Source: Magallana gigas
Taxonomy: Eukaryota
Direction of reading: 5' to 3'
Assembly (NCBI RefSeq): GCF_963853765.1
Contig: NC_088860.1
Span: 20,770,001-20,834,000 of the forward strand
DNA: 64,000 bases
How positions within the stretch are numbered: the first letter of the stretch is position 1; each line of letters opens with the position of its first letter. This document shows, one piece after another, positions 1 through 12,184 of the stretch. Position numbers and translations under genes: made by a program. The notes below the pieces were generated by a model that was not told the DNA's origin, made no database searches, and worked only from the letters and a program-made list of their open reading frames with translations.

Positions 1-284
1 TTGATCATCATAGCATCGTCAAAATCAATTTGAACTGCAATCGTTTACGTTTACCGTGTAAAGTGCCGAGGAACAATTCATCCAATTCCACGAATAATAG
101 GTGTTTAGTTTGTCGTTTAGATGGAGTGTGATAGATTGTCGTAAAATTAATACATTCAGTCCTCATAAACATACATGTACATGTATATCCCTTCACCTTT
201 TTAGATTTTTTTTTAACGAAGAACATTTTTGGCAAGATTTATAACTACATTGCCTTAAGTTTGTTAAATGTGAAATTGTCATAC

Positions 285-446
285 CTGAAGCGAAAAGAAC
301 AGAAGTAGATGAAATGGTGGAGTTTCGCTTGTTTTATAGAGCAGACGATCGGGGTTGTCTTCCGATATATCCAAGGTGACGTCATTTCCAGTACCGCCAT
401 TTTCTGCTTCTTCCTTGTAGGACACCTTGCGTTCTCTGTGATTGTT
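285..446 (-). CDS. SLC23A: N-terminal coding exon of a further SLC23/NAT transporter gene (gene continues off the left edge)
   Basis: Minus strand: acceptor TCTTCAG, 162 nt open (NNHRERKVSYKEEAENGGTGNDVTLDISEDNPDRLLYKTSETPPFHLLLFFSLQ), donor CAG|GTATGA. It ends in LLY..ETPP..L..F..Q with a phase-0 intron, as exon 1 of copies A-D does (ILYKAGDHPPIYLTIFCGFQ|). This frame is not in the ORF track. Confidence 0.8.
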
Positions 447-550
447 CTGAAGAGAGTCATAAAATCAATAATTATTTATCTTGAAATAAAACTATTTTTT
501 ACGTTTTTACATTGTGTTGATACACAGTGACGTCGGAAGCAAATTGAAAT

Positions 551-552
551 GT

Positions 553-583
<31 letters not shown>

Positions 584-586
584 GGC
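551..586. repeat. (TG)n microsatellite followed by a G-run
   Basis: Directly visible. Confidence 0.95.
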
Positions 587-2663
587 TAGACTTTTCAGAA
601 GCCTTCACAAGCAAAAACAAAAGGGGGTATGGTCATGGTTATATCTAACTTTGTCCCCCAAAAAGTGGGTAAGCCCCTTCCCCTTTTTCCCCACGTTCCG
701 ACGCCTTTGACGTATGGCGTTTTTTAAAACCTATTTTGACTCGTATTTTATAGTATCGTATACAGTCATGTGTTTTATACACAAATCATTACCACCGCCA
801 ATCAGTTAATGGCTGACCTTCACTCAATCACTCATCTGTCATCTTAACAAGACAGGTTATAGTCGAATAAAGCAGTTAGCCTTGGACAAAAACATAGAAC
901 AAATCCTCATTTTCCCATACATATGTGTACATCCATATGCATTCCACTTACAACATTCCGCGTCAACCATGAAATTGGCAGAATTCACTGGACGTGTCAA
1001 ACGTGGACCAGGCACAATGGGAGAAATCGTGAAGGAATGGGTATCATAATAAATGGAGGTATTATTATATGATCATGTTTCAGCAGAAAGGTAAAAGTCA
1101 TTAACGACAAAATAGACCTAATTTTCACAGGGGGGGGGGGGGGATCCCTATTTATTTATAATACTACTTGGGAGACATTCTCGATGTACATAATATTGGG
1201 CTAGGTATCATAATACAATGCATAGAAGCGCGACAAAAATTATCAAGATGCATCAAAACTGCCAACAATAAAATCAAAATGAAAACTGTTCATTCATTTT
1301 TCTACAAATTCGATTAAAGAACCATTTTAATTCTTTTACATAACTGCACACTTGGACGTGTCAATTTTATTCATTTTTCTTCATCAAGATCGGGTGTCTA
1401 TGTGCATTTCATTAATATAATAACAACAACAACAACAATCTGCAGCCTGTATTGTAATTGCGCGTTAATGTTCCTTTGCTTTTAAGCTGTCTGTTTGTAG
1501 CTTCTTTTAAAAAACATGTTATTTTCAGAATATTTAAAAAATATTTCCGCTCAACTGCGTACATGGCTGCAGAATCTTACCGCAAAACTTTTGATTTACA
1601 AGATTTTATCACCATATTTTTATTGAAAACAAACTTTTTTGCTTGAAATGCACTGATTTCATATGCAATCATTTACATTCAAATCTTGATATGGGATAGG
1701 ATGCAAAAATCACTTCATGACGTATCCTAGTCGGAAACTAGTACATGTTCGAGGGTGCGGATATTTTTGAGACATTTACTCTTACTCCCTTGGGAAAAAA
1801 GATAAATCAATGAAATTTCACCAGAAAGTAAACAAGGATATCTTTTGTTAACGTAAAATTTTTTAAGTTAATGACATCCTGGTAAGCTAACAAACTTGCC
1901 TACATCTAATGACCCAGAGCAACCACAAACTCACAGCAACGTCATTTTAACGTTAGTCCATGGTCCTATGTTAATTATAAACACCTTACAAACGAACATA
2001 AACATGAACTATTCTTCATGTTTAATCTTTTTTTTTAATTTTATAATGGCAACAGTTACATATTCTTCCCATTCTTGATTTTTTCTCGAGTTTAATCAAT
2101 TTATTTCTTCCCAAAAGTCAACTTAACGTGAAACTTCTCTTACATTCTTTCTTTATATATCTTAGAATTGTTAAAATCAGTTTATGTGTAAAAAGTACTT
2201 GATATCTAGTCCCATTTTTTAAATTCTAGTTGATTAATCAGTAAATAAACCCTATTTTGAACCTTTTCCATGATATAGACGTTTTTATTGGCCAAAAGAG
2301 CTCTTCTGCCGAGATTAACACCAATTTTATGTATATTCGCTGCACCGCTATGACGTCAAAATTCAACATCTACATTCTACATATTTTTTGCATGTAAAGT
2401 GTGTGGAAAGCTACTGCAATTATGATGTTGTTACACACACAGGGTACTGAATGGTTAAAATGACGAGATTTATTATGACGTCACAAACGTTGAACGTTGC
2501 AAAATGCAACGGCACAAGCGAAAATCAAAGTTCACGTTTGTGGCTGTTACAGCGACTCTTCCATTTATATGAGCTTACATGTACTTTTAGGATAAAATAC
2601 GATAAATAAGCTATAAATCACATTTGCAGACAAGAAGTTTAAATAAATGTAAATGTAAGTATA

Positions 2664-2812
2664 AGCATTAAATCATTATTTTTTGGAAGATATAGTCTCA
2701 TTACTGCAGTGGTGTGTGCATACAAATTTTCAAAACGCGCGTTATTCAATTTGTACGCACACACCGCTGCAGCTATGAGACTATATATTTTAAATAATAA
2801 TGATTCAATGCT
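2664..2812. repeat. ~150-bp palindromic (foldback) element; related partial copy at ~12360-12485
   Basis: Arms AAGCATTAAATCATTATTTT..ATATAGTCTCATTACTGCAGTGGTGTGTGCATACAAATT and AATTTGTACGCACACACCGCTGCAGCTATGAGACTATAT..AATAATGATTCAATGCTT flank an AACGCGCGTT-containing loop. Confidence 0.8.
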
Positions 2813-4016
2813 TAAATTAACCGTTTCAGGTCAGATTTCAATTGCTTTGTAAATATATTTGTTCTTGTATTTCAGCTCGAACACTAGTTATTTTGTAGTA
2901 TTACTTTGCCCAATTATTCGTTTAGATTTCTTCAATGCTTTATAATTAAAATTCGTCACTTAGAAAGAGAAATATTTGTGATGTCCCAATAGTTTCCGAA
3001 CAACCCTCGTACATATAATGTCATCAACAAAAACATCACGCGCGTACGCCACCGTTACCTATAGAAGTGAGATTAGACCAAGTACCTTTTTCTCATCCTC
3101 GCTATCTATATGAAATCCTGGGTTCGTCACACCATTACCGTTTTCACGAATCTCGATATTTTCCGACATTCTTGAATCAACACCAGCCATACAGCCAGTC
3201 TTTCACTCTTAAATGTTTACAATGTGACAATCAGAGATCTCTTTCGTCACACACCACTTGTCACACTTTCCCATCGACTACACGTGTAGAAGCCGGTGGG
3301 CCCCTTTGTCAGGCCCCGTCGTCATTTCTGAGATCTAATATACCCCCTACTGTATTATGTTAACTGGACAATTGGATACAATAGACCCTATCCACAAAAC
3401 CTCAACGACTTTCTCTATGCTATATTTCGCATATTGAATGATAGTCTTTTAATTAATTTATGCGAGTGTGATTTGTTTGTGGTAAATCTTCTGAAAGTTT
3501 AACTTGTTGTGACCCACATGCATACGACCTTTTTTGTTCGTTTTTCAGTATTCAGCTAAATGCAAGAAAGAGAGATGGGTTGTTAATGTTTAACTATCAG
3601 ATGTCAAATCAAAAAACTTCTTCCTCTTGTGAACACTTCTAAATAATACATCTGCCCCCGAGATACACTTAATGGTACATTCGACGTTTAGAAACTGTTA
3701 ACAGCGGCAGCTATTTATTTATTTTGTAGTTGACCGGAAAAAAGTCGTCTAAGTAGCGGGCATTGTACGAGTTATTAACGTACAGTGTACATCGGTATGT
3801 GGAGAGGTATTTTTATACATGTACAGCCATATTTGAATGTCAAGAGGGTTTGATGGTTGTTGCAATTTTAATGCTACATTTTCCTCCTCCTTTTGACAAA
3901 GAGCTGTGTATAAAGGATACAGAACAACTTTAAAATTTTAAAGCATAAATATGTGGATATTTTCTTTACTAAAAAATAATACATGGCTCAAACTAATATT
4001 ATATATAAACGCAAAA

Positions 4017-4511
4017 AGGGGCATGGTCACGATTTTGGTCAAATTCAATTTTACTTTATTATTATTATTTACAATGCTACAGGAATGTATTTCTGATGAT
4101 CAAGTGGAATTTGACGGTCAGTCGAGGAGATATGAGCAAGATAATGTACAAGGCTAACAACTCTTTGTCATGTTAACTAGGCTTGTTCCCCATTTTGTTT
4201 ACATAGATTCAATTTACCAGTAAAAAAATCTTTTAAGCTGAATTGTCCATCTTCTTATTCATTTTAAGCAAAAATAAACAGTTTCTAACGTTTAACACAT
4301 TCATTTTAGGTCTAAAAATGGAATTTTCCCTTCAACGTTCAAAATGTGAATAAAAGCCTTGTTTACATAGCAAAGAACTGTAAACTCTGTTTATTTAAAA
4401 CTCAACAAATGATACTCAAAATTTGGTTGCCTATTAAAAATGCCCTACTGAAGCATTGTAAACAGTAAACTCGGAAAAGTACTCTATGACCAAAATCGTG
4501 ACCATGCCCCT
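4017..4511. mobile_element. Non-autonomous MITE with AGGGGCATGGTCACGATTTTGGTCA TIRs (Kolobok-like family)
   Basis: TIRs at both ends; interior matches the copies at 4592, 24729, 27856 and 35017. TTAA flanks are eroded in this copy. Confidence 0.8.
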
Positions 4512-4591
4512 AGCCTTTAAGCCAGATCTGATGATGAACTAGTTGACCATCCATTCTTAAACATATATTACACTTTACTCGGGAATCTTAA

Positions 4592-5076
4592 AGGGTCATG
4601 GTCACGATTTTGGTCAACACTAATTTTTCCGATTTAAATTTTTACCATGCTTCAGTAAGGCATTCTTAATAGGCAACCGAAATTTGAGTGCTATTCGTTG
4701 AGTTATTAGCATGTTACAAAGCTTGAAATTCTTTGCTATGTAAACAGAGCGTTTGTTTACATTTTGAATTTTGAAGTGAAAATTCTAATTCTAAACCTAA
4801 AATAAATGTGTTAAACAGAAGGTACTGTTTATTTATGCTTAAAATGAATAAAAAGATGGAAAAATCAGGTTGAAAAAGATTTTTTACTGGTATATTGAAC
4901 CAATGTAAACAAAAACAGGGCACGAGCCTTGTTTACATGACAAAGAATTGTGAGCCCTGTATCTTGCTTATAACTCTTTGACTGACTTTCAAATTTCATT
5001 TTATCATTAGAAATGCATTTCTAAAGCATTGTAGATAATAAAAATAGAATTTGACCAAAATCGTGACCAAGACCCT
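4592..5076. mobile_element. MITE of the same family in opposite orientation, TTAA target duplication
   Basis: TTAA|AGGGTCATGGTCACGATTTTGGTCA ... TGACCAAAATCGTGACCAAGACCCT|TTAA. RR..YY termini with TTAA TSD fit Kolobok. Confidence 0.88.
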
Positions 5077-5450
5077 TTAAAGGTGTGTACATATATTTCA
5101 ATCTTAAATTTTTTTTCTATCGAATCATGTGCAGAGTTGTTAGCTTCTTCCTCTTTTTATACCAATGACAATGCTTAGAAGTACGATTAATAATGACTAT
5201 AATATATCATTTATAATGAATGAGGAATTTCAATGATTTTACATATACATCTATATTACATTGTAAATGTCGTTATGACAAAAAGAAAAACTACTCAAAA
5301 GTTAATACTTCGGCCAGCACTAACAACATTAGAGATAACTTCCTTGTTGTGTTTTGTTCTCTGATTTTCTTTTTATTGTTCTTACATAAATGGGCCGAAT
5401 AAGGTCAAGGTCATCAGCTGTAGACAAGTCCTAACAAGAGAGAGATAATG

Positions 5451-6355
5451 TATGGAACGCCATAGCTGCCTTATGTGGCTATTTCATGTGAAGATGGTGC
5501 TTTATTATATTATGCTGTGGTTATTTCATGTGAAGATGGTGCTTTATTTTATGAAGATGGTGGTTTTTTTATGTGAAAATGGTGCTTTATTATATGTACA
5601 TGGTGCTTTTTATGTGAAGATGGTGCTTTATTATATGTAGATGGTGCTTTTTTATATGAAGATGATGCTTTATTATATGAAGAAGGTGCTTTTTTATGTA
5701 AAGATGATGCTTTATTATATGAAGGTGGTGGTTTATTATATGAAGATGGTGCTTTATTATACGAAGATGGTGCTTTTTTATGTGATGGTGCTTGTTTATG
5801 TGATCTAACAAAATTAAGAGCGGGTCAAAGATCTGATTTTAATCCGATTGCTAGGACATTCACGCCTCATCGAATAACCTGCTCTTCGCTTAAACACAAG
5901 TAATTCAAAATTTACAACATGACATAATTAATAATTTCAATTTTCTGCCCTTTAAAGTTCAGGATAACGTTACTAGGCTTTAATTCTTGTAATGTTCTGA
6001 ATCCGTCATTATATAGTTATCACTTAATAGATGTAAGTTCGGTTTTCTCGTTAGCTTATATACTAATTGTGCTAGAAAAATGAGAAACTAGCAATGGTGC
6101 ATCAAATGGATTTTGATTGCATGAATGTTTTGTTAACCTTCAAAATTTTGAGATAAAAAAGGGTAAACTCAGTATTAAAAAAATAAGAAGTTCCGAGTGA
6201 CCACCTTCACATTAAAAGGCACCATCACATAAAAAAGCACCATCTTCATATAATTAAGAATCATCTTCAGATAAAAAAGCACCATCTTCATATACATGTA
6301 ATAAAGCACCATCTTCACATGAAATAGCCACATAAGGCAGCAATGGCGCTTCATA
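5451..6355. mobile_element. Foldback-type element with minisatellite-built inverted arms and a 6-bp TSD (ATAATG)
   Basis: Left end TATGGAACGCCATAGCTGCCTTATGTGGCTATTTCATGTGAAGATGGTGC matches the reverse complement of the right end. ATAATG lies at 5445-5450 and 6356-6361. A ~21-bp unit (ATGAAGATGGTGCTTTATTAT) repeats at ~5480-5800 and inverted at ~6215-6325. Confidence 0.85.
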
Positions 6356-7870
6356 ATAATGCATACAAATTAGGGGAATAAGGTTTAACGTTATTCATCC
6401 ACAAAATATGCTGAGTGGTTTTCGTCCAATTTGCACCGACATAGTAGAACACTGACACCTGATGTTAAAATGTTTTACTCATATTAAGAAAAAAGATACC
6501 ACCTTCCTTTAGATCTATAAATTATAAATTAGGTAGAGGGTATATATTTTTTTATTATGAGAACAATTTTGCAGTTAGGTTTATTTCGAAAAATTCACTT
6601 CAGTAGAAAAGAATTAAAACAACATGCTTAGAAAAGATAAAATATGGCACATAAACACGATTTTTAGGATGATTCTTTGCAGATTTTATTTTGTATTAGC
6701 AAATCCTGTTTGGTTCAGACATACATAATGTCCGTTGATCAAAAAATTGAATATACATGTTTTAATGGCAAAAAGGATTTCTTGGCAACTTTAAATGTAC
6801 ATCCGATCCGTACCATTATCATCTTTTCCTAAAAGAAATCTATCAAGTTTTTTCATCTTTTAGTAGGTGACAACGGAATTCCGTGGTTCCGTACAGATTG
6901 ACAAGAGACTTTTAGTAAAAGAACTCTGTATCTTTATATAGGCCTTATGCGAAGAGCAATCCTTGATAAAGCGCTGTTAGAAAAAGAATCCGTGACGGTT
7001 TGAAAACAACTGTTCGAAGAAGACAACGCTCTGCAAGCCGCAATTTATGGACGAACCCGATTTAAAAATATTAATTCAATATGTGCTCTTATATAGAACA
7101 ATGAAATGATTAAAAAATTATATCATTCATAAATAAATTTCTCTATAATACGGAATACAAACAGTACCGCAACCCATGGTACATAGGAAAACTTGATAGG
7201 CTTACGTGCTAATATGTACAACATTTAACGGTTTTATAGAGTACATGATTGAAGTGAAATGCAACTAAAATCCTAAAAAATGTAAAAATAGTTTGATAAG
7301 TTGAATGATAAGATATATAACCCTCCCGTTGTTAGCATCTTGACATTCCACTTTTATTATTCTACCCGTACAATGTAGTCGGGATTGTCTTCCTCCATTT
7401 TGACCTTCGGATTCAGCAACGTAAAATTCCTAAGAAAGGTGATGCAGAAAATAGTTTTTTAAACTGAATATAAAACATTTATTAATAAACTAATATCGTA
7501 TTTATATACATCTGTACCATATCGTTTACAAAATTATGGAGATTTAGCGTTGGCATTTTTGCTTCAAGCGGATACTTAAATAACATTTATTATGTTATTT
7601 ATGTCTCTGCTTCAAACACATTGTACATTTGTAAATAAACCCCTATTTTGGGAAATATTTGTACACATTGTACATTTCATTCATTTATCAGACGATTGGA
7701 ATCCTGGAGGCTATATGGGGCATTGACCGGATATAGCATTGGTTTAACGGGTTACCTTTATTCAGACAAATTGAGGGTGGTTGCAGGATACAAAAATGGT
7801 GTCCTTTCTTTTCTTTTTTTTGGGGGGGGGGGGGGTGCAGGAGACACAACATGAACTATGTATTTGTTTA

Positions 7871-9137
7871 TTTGCTCACCTGAGCTAAAGGCTCAAATGA
7901 TCTTCTGATCATAAGTCTTTTGACATTGTTGTTCTTGTTGTGTTGTTGTCATATAAACTCTTCACATTTCATCTTCTCCAGAACCACTGGGCCTATTTCA
8001 ACCATACTTGGTACACGGTACAATGCGTCACGTGTGATGTCACAATTAGAAACATGGCATGGAATTGAAAAAGTATGAGTAAGACTAAGCTGAATGTACC
8101 GTTATATCATTTACTTATCAGGAATATCGAAAATGGAAATATTATTGTGTCTTTTAAGGTTCAAGTTTGTTCAAATTATGGTCCCCGGGGGTAGGGTGGG
8201 GCCACAATAGGGGGATTAAGTTTTACGTAGGAATATATTGAGAAAATCTTTAAAAATCTTCTTCTCAAAAACTATTAGGCCGGAAAAGGTCAAATAAAAC
8301 TGGAAGCATCCTCAGATAGTGTAGATTCAAGTTTGTTCAAATCATAGTCCTTGGGGGTATGGCGGGGCCACAATGGGGGAATGGATTTTTACTTAAGGAA
8401 TGAATTCAATATTTATTTGTTGTATACGATATTAAATGTTTTGGAGCAGTTTACGCTTTATAAACCCCGAAGCGGTTTATAAAAAAAGCGTAAACTATTT
8501 CAAACCATTTTATATCGTATAAAACTAAAATGTTGAATTCATTGCTTATAATTTAATTTGTTTCTTCATTGTAGATAAAAACGGTCATTTAACCTTTAAA
8601 ATTACGTAAAATTATAAAGAATTCAAAGGTAACGTCAGGCGTATTGATACGTTTTTGACGTTAGTCTTACTATGACGTAGGCAACATTCTTTATATGATA
8701 TAAAATAATTTTTTAGCCAATCAGAAAGCGCGTTACAACCAGAATTAAATTATACAGGAATATAAAGAGAAAATCTTTAAAAATCTTCTTCTCAAAAACT
8801 GTCAGTCCAGGAAAGCCCAAATTTGAGTGGAAGCATCCTCAGATAGTGTAGATTCAAATTTCTTCAAATCATGGTCCCCGGGAGTAGGGTGGGGCAAAAA
8901 TAGGAGGATCAAGTTTTACATAGGAATAATATTAGAAAACATCTTAAAAAACAATTTCTTTTAAAAACTATTAGGCCAGGAAAGCTCAAATTGGTGTGTA
9001 AGCATCCTCAGATAGTGTAGATTCAAGTTTGTTGAGATCATGGTCCCTGGGGAATAAATTTTTATATATAGAGAAAATCTTTAAAAATCTTCTTCTCAAA
9101 ACTATTAGGCCAGAAAAGCCCAAATGTGAGTGGAAGC
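7871..9137 (+). repeat. Helentron-like non-autonomous element carrying a short ~167-bp (Cg170-like) satellite array
   Basis: 5' T-rich GCTCACCTGAGCTAAAGGCTCA start; about 4-5 tandem units containing AAAATCTTTAAAAATCTTCTTCTCAAAAACTATTAGGCC and GGAAGCATCCTCAGATAGTGTAGATTCAAGTTTGTTCAAAT. The Cg170 identity is from recall, not from a search. Confidence 0.75.
8393..8752. mobile_element. Unrelated repeat nested inside one satellite unit; relative at ~21860-22150
   Basis: Interrupts the unit's TTTTAC/ATAGGAAT segment. Contains hairpin TTATAAACC-CCGAAGC-GGTTTATAA (8458-8482) and ends in GCGCGTTACAACCAGAATTAAATT, a motif also seen near 22130-22150. Confidence 0.6.
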
Positions 9138-10245
9138 AAATGTACGTGTACATAGAAAATTTATTGTGGGTGATATTTCCAGTGAAAAAGTCCGAGTTCT
9201 CTTGAGAAAAAAGAAATGTCCACATTACCGTCCTCGTATTTTATAATGGAGAACACATTATTTTCTTTTTAAGTTTCACGTAAGAACTGGCGAGTTTGAG
9301 GCGACTCCGATTAAATATGAACTGGGTCGATAAAAATAGCACTTAGAACTTTTTACATGCCACAGTGACTCTACAAAAGTGCATTGTATTATACGGAGGG
9401 ATACCCTATTGGCACATTCTCGGGTTTTTGAATGCGTGTCAAATAACTTCCTGGTCTATGAAAGACGCAGTTTCACGGCAAAGGAAGGCATTTTAATACA
9501 AAAACGGTGGGTATTTATTTGATTAACAACAAATATTATAGATCGAATTAATTACTATACCTTATTTTGTTGTTGTCAAAGAACAAGATAAAACATTTCA
9601 GGCAAGTGATTGGTTTAAATGAAAAACGAAAGCAAATTTGAAAACCAACGATAGGCAGAACCTTTTTAGTAAAAGGGTTCCGAAGGGTTGGTGGTGTCAT
9701 ATGAACCAGTGTATATGTGAGAAAACGCCAGTCTATCATCAAATTTGACGTTTTATCTAAATAAATCAAAAGGACTGCATTTTCACTAGGGAATACTGCA
9801 CTTTCAATGAGCAGTGCTTTCAATGTGTTATCAATGACAAATTCAAACAACTCTGTTTGAAACACAAATCGTGTATCGATTATTTCTGATAGGTTGAATA
9901 AATACTTGCATATACGTGACCTAGTAATAACCTCAATAAAGAAAGTGTTTCACCATATTGGGATATAAAATGTTTAAGAAAATCAAGAGATATTTCATTG
10001 AGTTAAAAGTTGTAGAAAAAAAAATAAGATAAACATTGTTCTTGGTGTGATCGTATTCACAGGAGCATAAACACGGCATGATAAGAGCATGAAAGGAGCA
10101 TGACAAGAGTATAAGATATGACCAGTCCTGGCTCTGTGTCGAAGACTCCTTTAAAAACAATAGGTAAGCTGTTAATGATATAAGTATATCACTCGCTTAA
10201 TAAAACGAAAAAAATTACAAAGATAATTTAAAAATAAAACATAAA

Positions 10246-10247
<2 letters not shown>

Positions 10248-10294
<47 letters not shown>
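10248..10294. repeat. (CT)n microsatellite
   Basis: Directly visible. Confidence 0.95.
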
Positions 10295-10297
<3 letters not shown>

Positions 10298-10876
10298 TTT
10301 TGTAAGATTTTGCTATCGTAAAAAACGAATATTTGACTATTTCATGTATAAAAATGCATTCTACTTTGTCATGATAACAATCTCATTTGCCAATCATTTT
10401 AAATACCTTGACTCGTTTTCATACGTAGCATTTACATGTACTTAATAAAGTTTGTATGACCGAAAAAATCAAAATCATGTGTCATAAACAGATGAAGATA
10501 TCTTATTCAACGTCGTATTGTTAAAACATACATGTACACTCATATTCCACAATGATATCAGAACTTTGCCCAAGGAAGAAAGGATTATCTTTGTTTCCTA
10601 CGAGTAGAGAGAGACAGACAGACATGAATGTTAATACATAAATTTGTTTTTTAATAGACAAATGACGCAAACTAAAGATTTAAAGCAACATGATCTGTAT
10701 CTTTTATAATTTTATTTTGCTCCAAAAACCTGCTAGTATGATAATTCTGCATGTAACTTAAAATTTTATGATAAATAAGATATTTTTTGTCATTTTAGTA
10801 GAAGATAACATTTTCGTAAAAAAAAAAAATACAAAATGAAAATTGCACCTCAAATTGCTTTAATCGTTATATTTTT

Positions 10877-11539
10877 GGGAGTTGATTTTAATCAACTCTC
10901 CTATGCAGTCACTATGGCAAACCGAAAGTGAAACAGTGTTTGGAACTAAGCACAAATCATCACCGCTGACAAATCTTAGTTCTTGAATATAATAGAAAAA
11001 TTCGATGTAATGTACATGTATGCTGAAGCAATGTTTTTTAAGGAAACTTATCTATAAACACTTTGAAAATAGTAAGATTTTATATAATACGAACAATTAA
11101 GATATTTATGTAGTCTCATGTATTCCTACGCCAGAGTTTAATATAGTCTCGTTCAACCAAAAGCTCGGCTGTCTCCGTAAATTTCCGACAAACAGAGAGG
11201 CTCTCTTGCTTGTCGGAGATAAACGGAGACAGCTGAGCGTCTGGTTGAACGAGACTGGAGTTCAATATCGAGAGTGCTTGGATCCATACAATTTTTAGAA
11301 TTGTTTCGATTACTAATACATAGTTTGAAATCTATATAATTATCTTTAAATATTACACAACATGATTCATATGGGGTTTCTCTAAATTCTTGTCTGAAAA
11401 GTCTAATTAAAATCCATATTATAAAAAAGTGCGTAATTTAAATACAGACTAGAAACTAATTGCCACGCAAGATAAGTTGATTTCAAAATAAATGATAATC
11501 GATAAAATCAACTCCCGTCAGTACTTCTGTACTTTGATT
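10877..11539 (+). mobile_element. HINE/Helentron-like non-autonomous element with central ~110-bp palindrome
   Basis: T-run, then GGGAGTTGATTTTAATCAACTCTCC (subTIR hairpin); 3' TAAAATCAACTCCC subTIR followed by AGTAC-TTCT-GTACT stem-loop; palindrome at 11145-11256. Homologous copies at 36176 and 52303. Confidence 0.75.
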
Positions 11540-12184
11540 GAATATGTCCTGTTCCAAAGTTCGGTAGAACTAACTCAGTTCTTTGTGGCAATAAACTTTA
11601 AAATGTTGATTTAACCAAGATTACTATTGCTTTTATTCAGTTCAGCGGTTAATATATCTACTGTGATAAATAGAGGTTATTTAAAACGTGCAGGATTTAA
11701 AAAGCTCATTTAAATACTTGATACATGTATCTTAATATCTGCTGTTGTAAATTTTTATGTTAATATATTGCAAAACAACCTAGCAAAACTGAAAACGTTA
11801 TTTAAAAACATGTGACTGTTTTATCTTCGAATCGTCGCCAATTGTATTTTAAATAAAATTACTTGCAAGTTTTGTACCTAGGTATGTTAACATAACTATT
11901 ATATGTGCATGTATATTTTCATATTTTAGAAAAATATAAACGCGTTTACTTAAATCGTACAATGGATGAATGAACGAACGAACGAACGAACAAACGAACG
12001 AATGAATTTATGAATGAATTAAATTACGATTTTTTTTCTTCGTCGCCATTTTCATTTTATACATCAGATGGACATATTTCATTTTTCCGATTTTGGCATC
12101 AATTGTCAAACAATGAGAATACATTCTCACTCAATTTGAAATCTCAAACAGATTTTTTCATTGTTATTTGTTTATTTATATAAG

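Noticed and set aside
1-130. Open plus-strand frame DHHSIVKINLNCNRLRLPCK...
   Set aside because: No recognisable homology or consistent splice partner; it probably lies in an intron of the minus-strand SLC23 gene.
3040-3370. GC-richer segment with 98-aa ORF 3067-3363
   Set aside because: No start context, splice partners or motif; it may be a repeat fragment, but no second copy or termini were found in the window.
5480-5800. Regular short repeats as a CRISPR array
   Set aside because: Units are directly adjacent with no unique spacers, there are no cas genes, and the context is eukaryotic.
5590-5811. His/Lys-rich ORF (HHLHIIKHH repeats) and its opposite-strand partner 5452-5640
   Set aside because: They are translations of the 21-bp minisatellite inside the foldback element, with no splice or domain support.
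6860-7075. Coding-like relic (..KQLFEEDNALQAAIYGRTRFKNI)
   Set aside because: Interrupted by stops in all frames and not assignable to any family by eye.
7648-7854. ORF ..RLYGALTGYSIGLTGYLYSDKLRVVAGYKN as first exon of the SH3BP2-like gene
   Set aside because: A phase-1 donor exists, but there is no in-frame ATG, the donor is weak and there is no homology; unsupported without transcripts.
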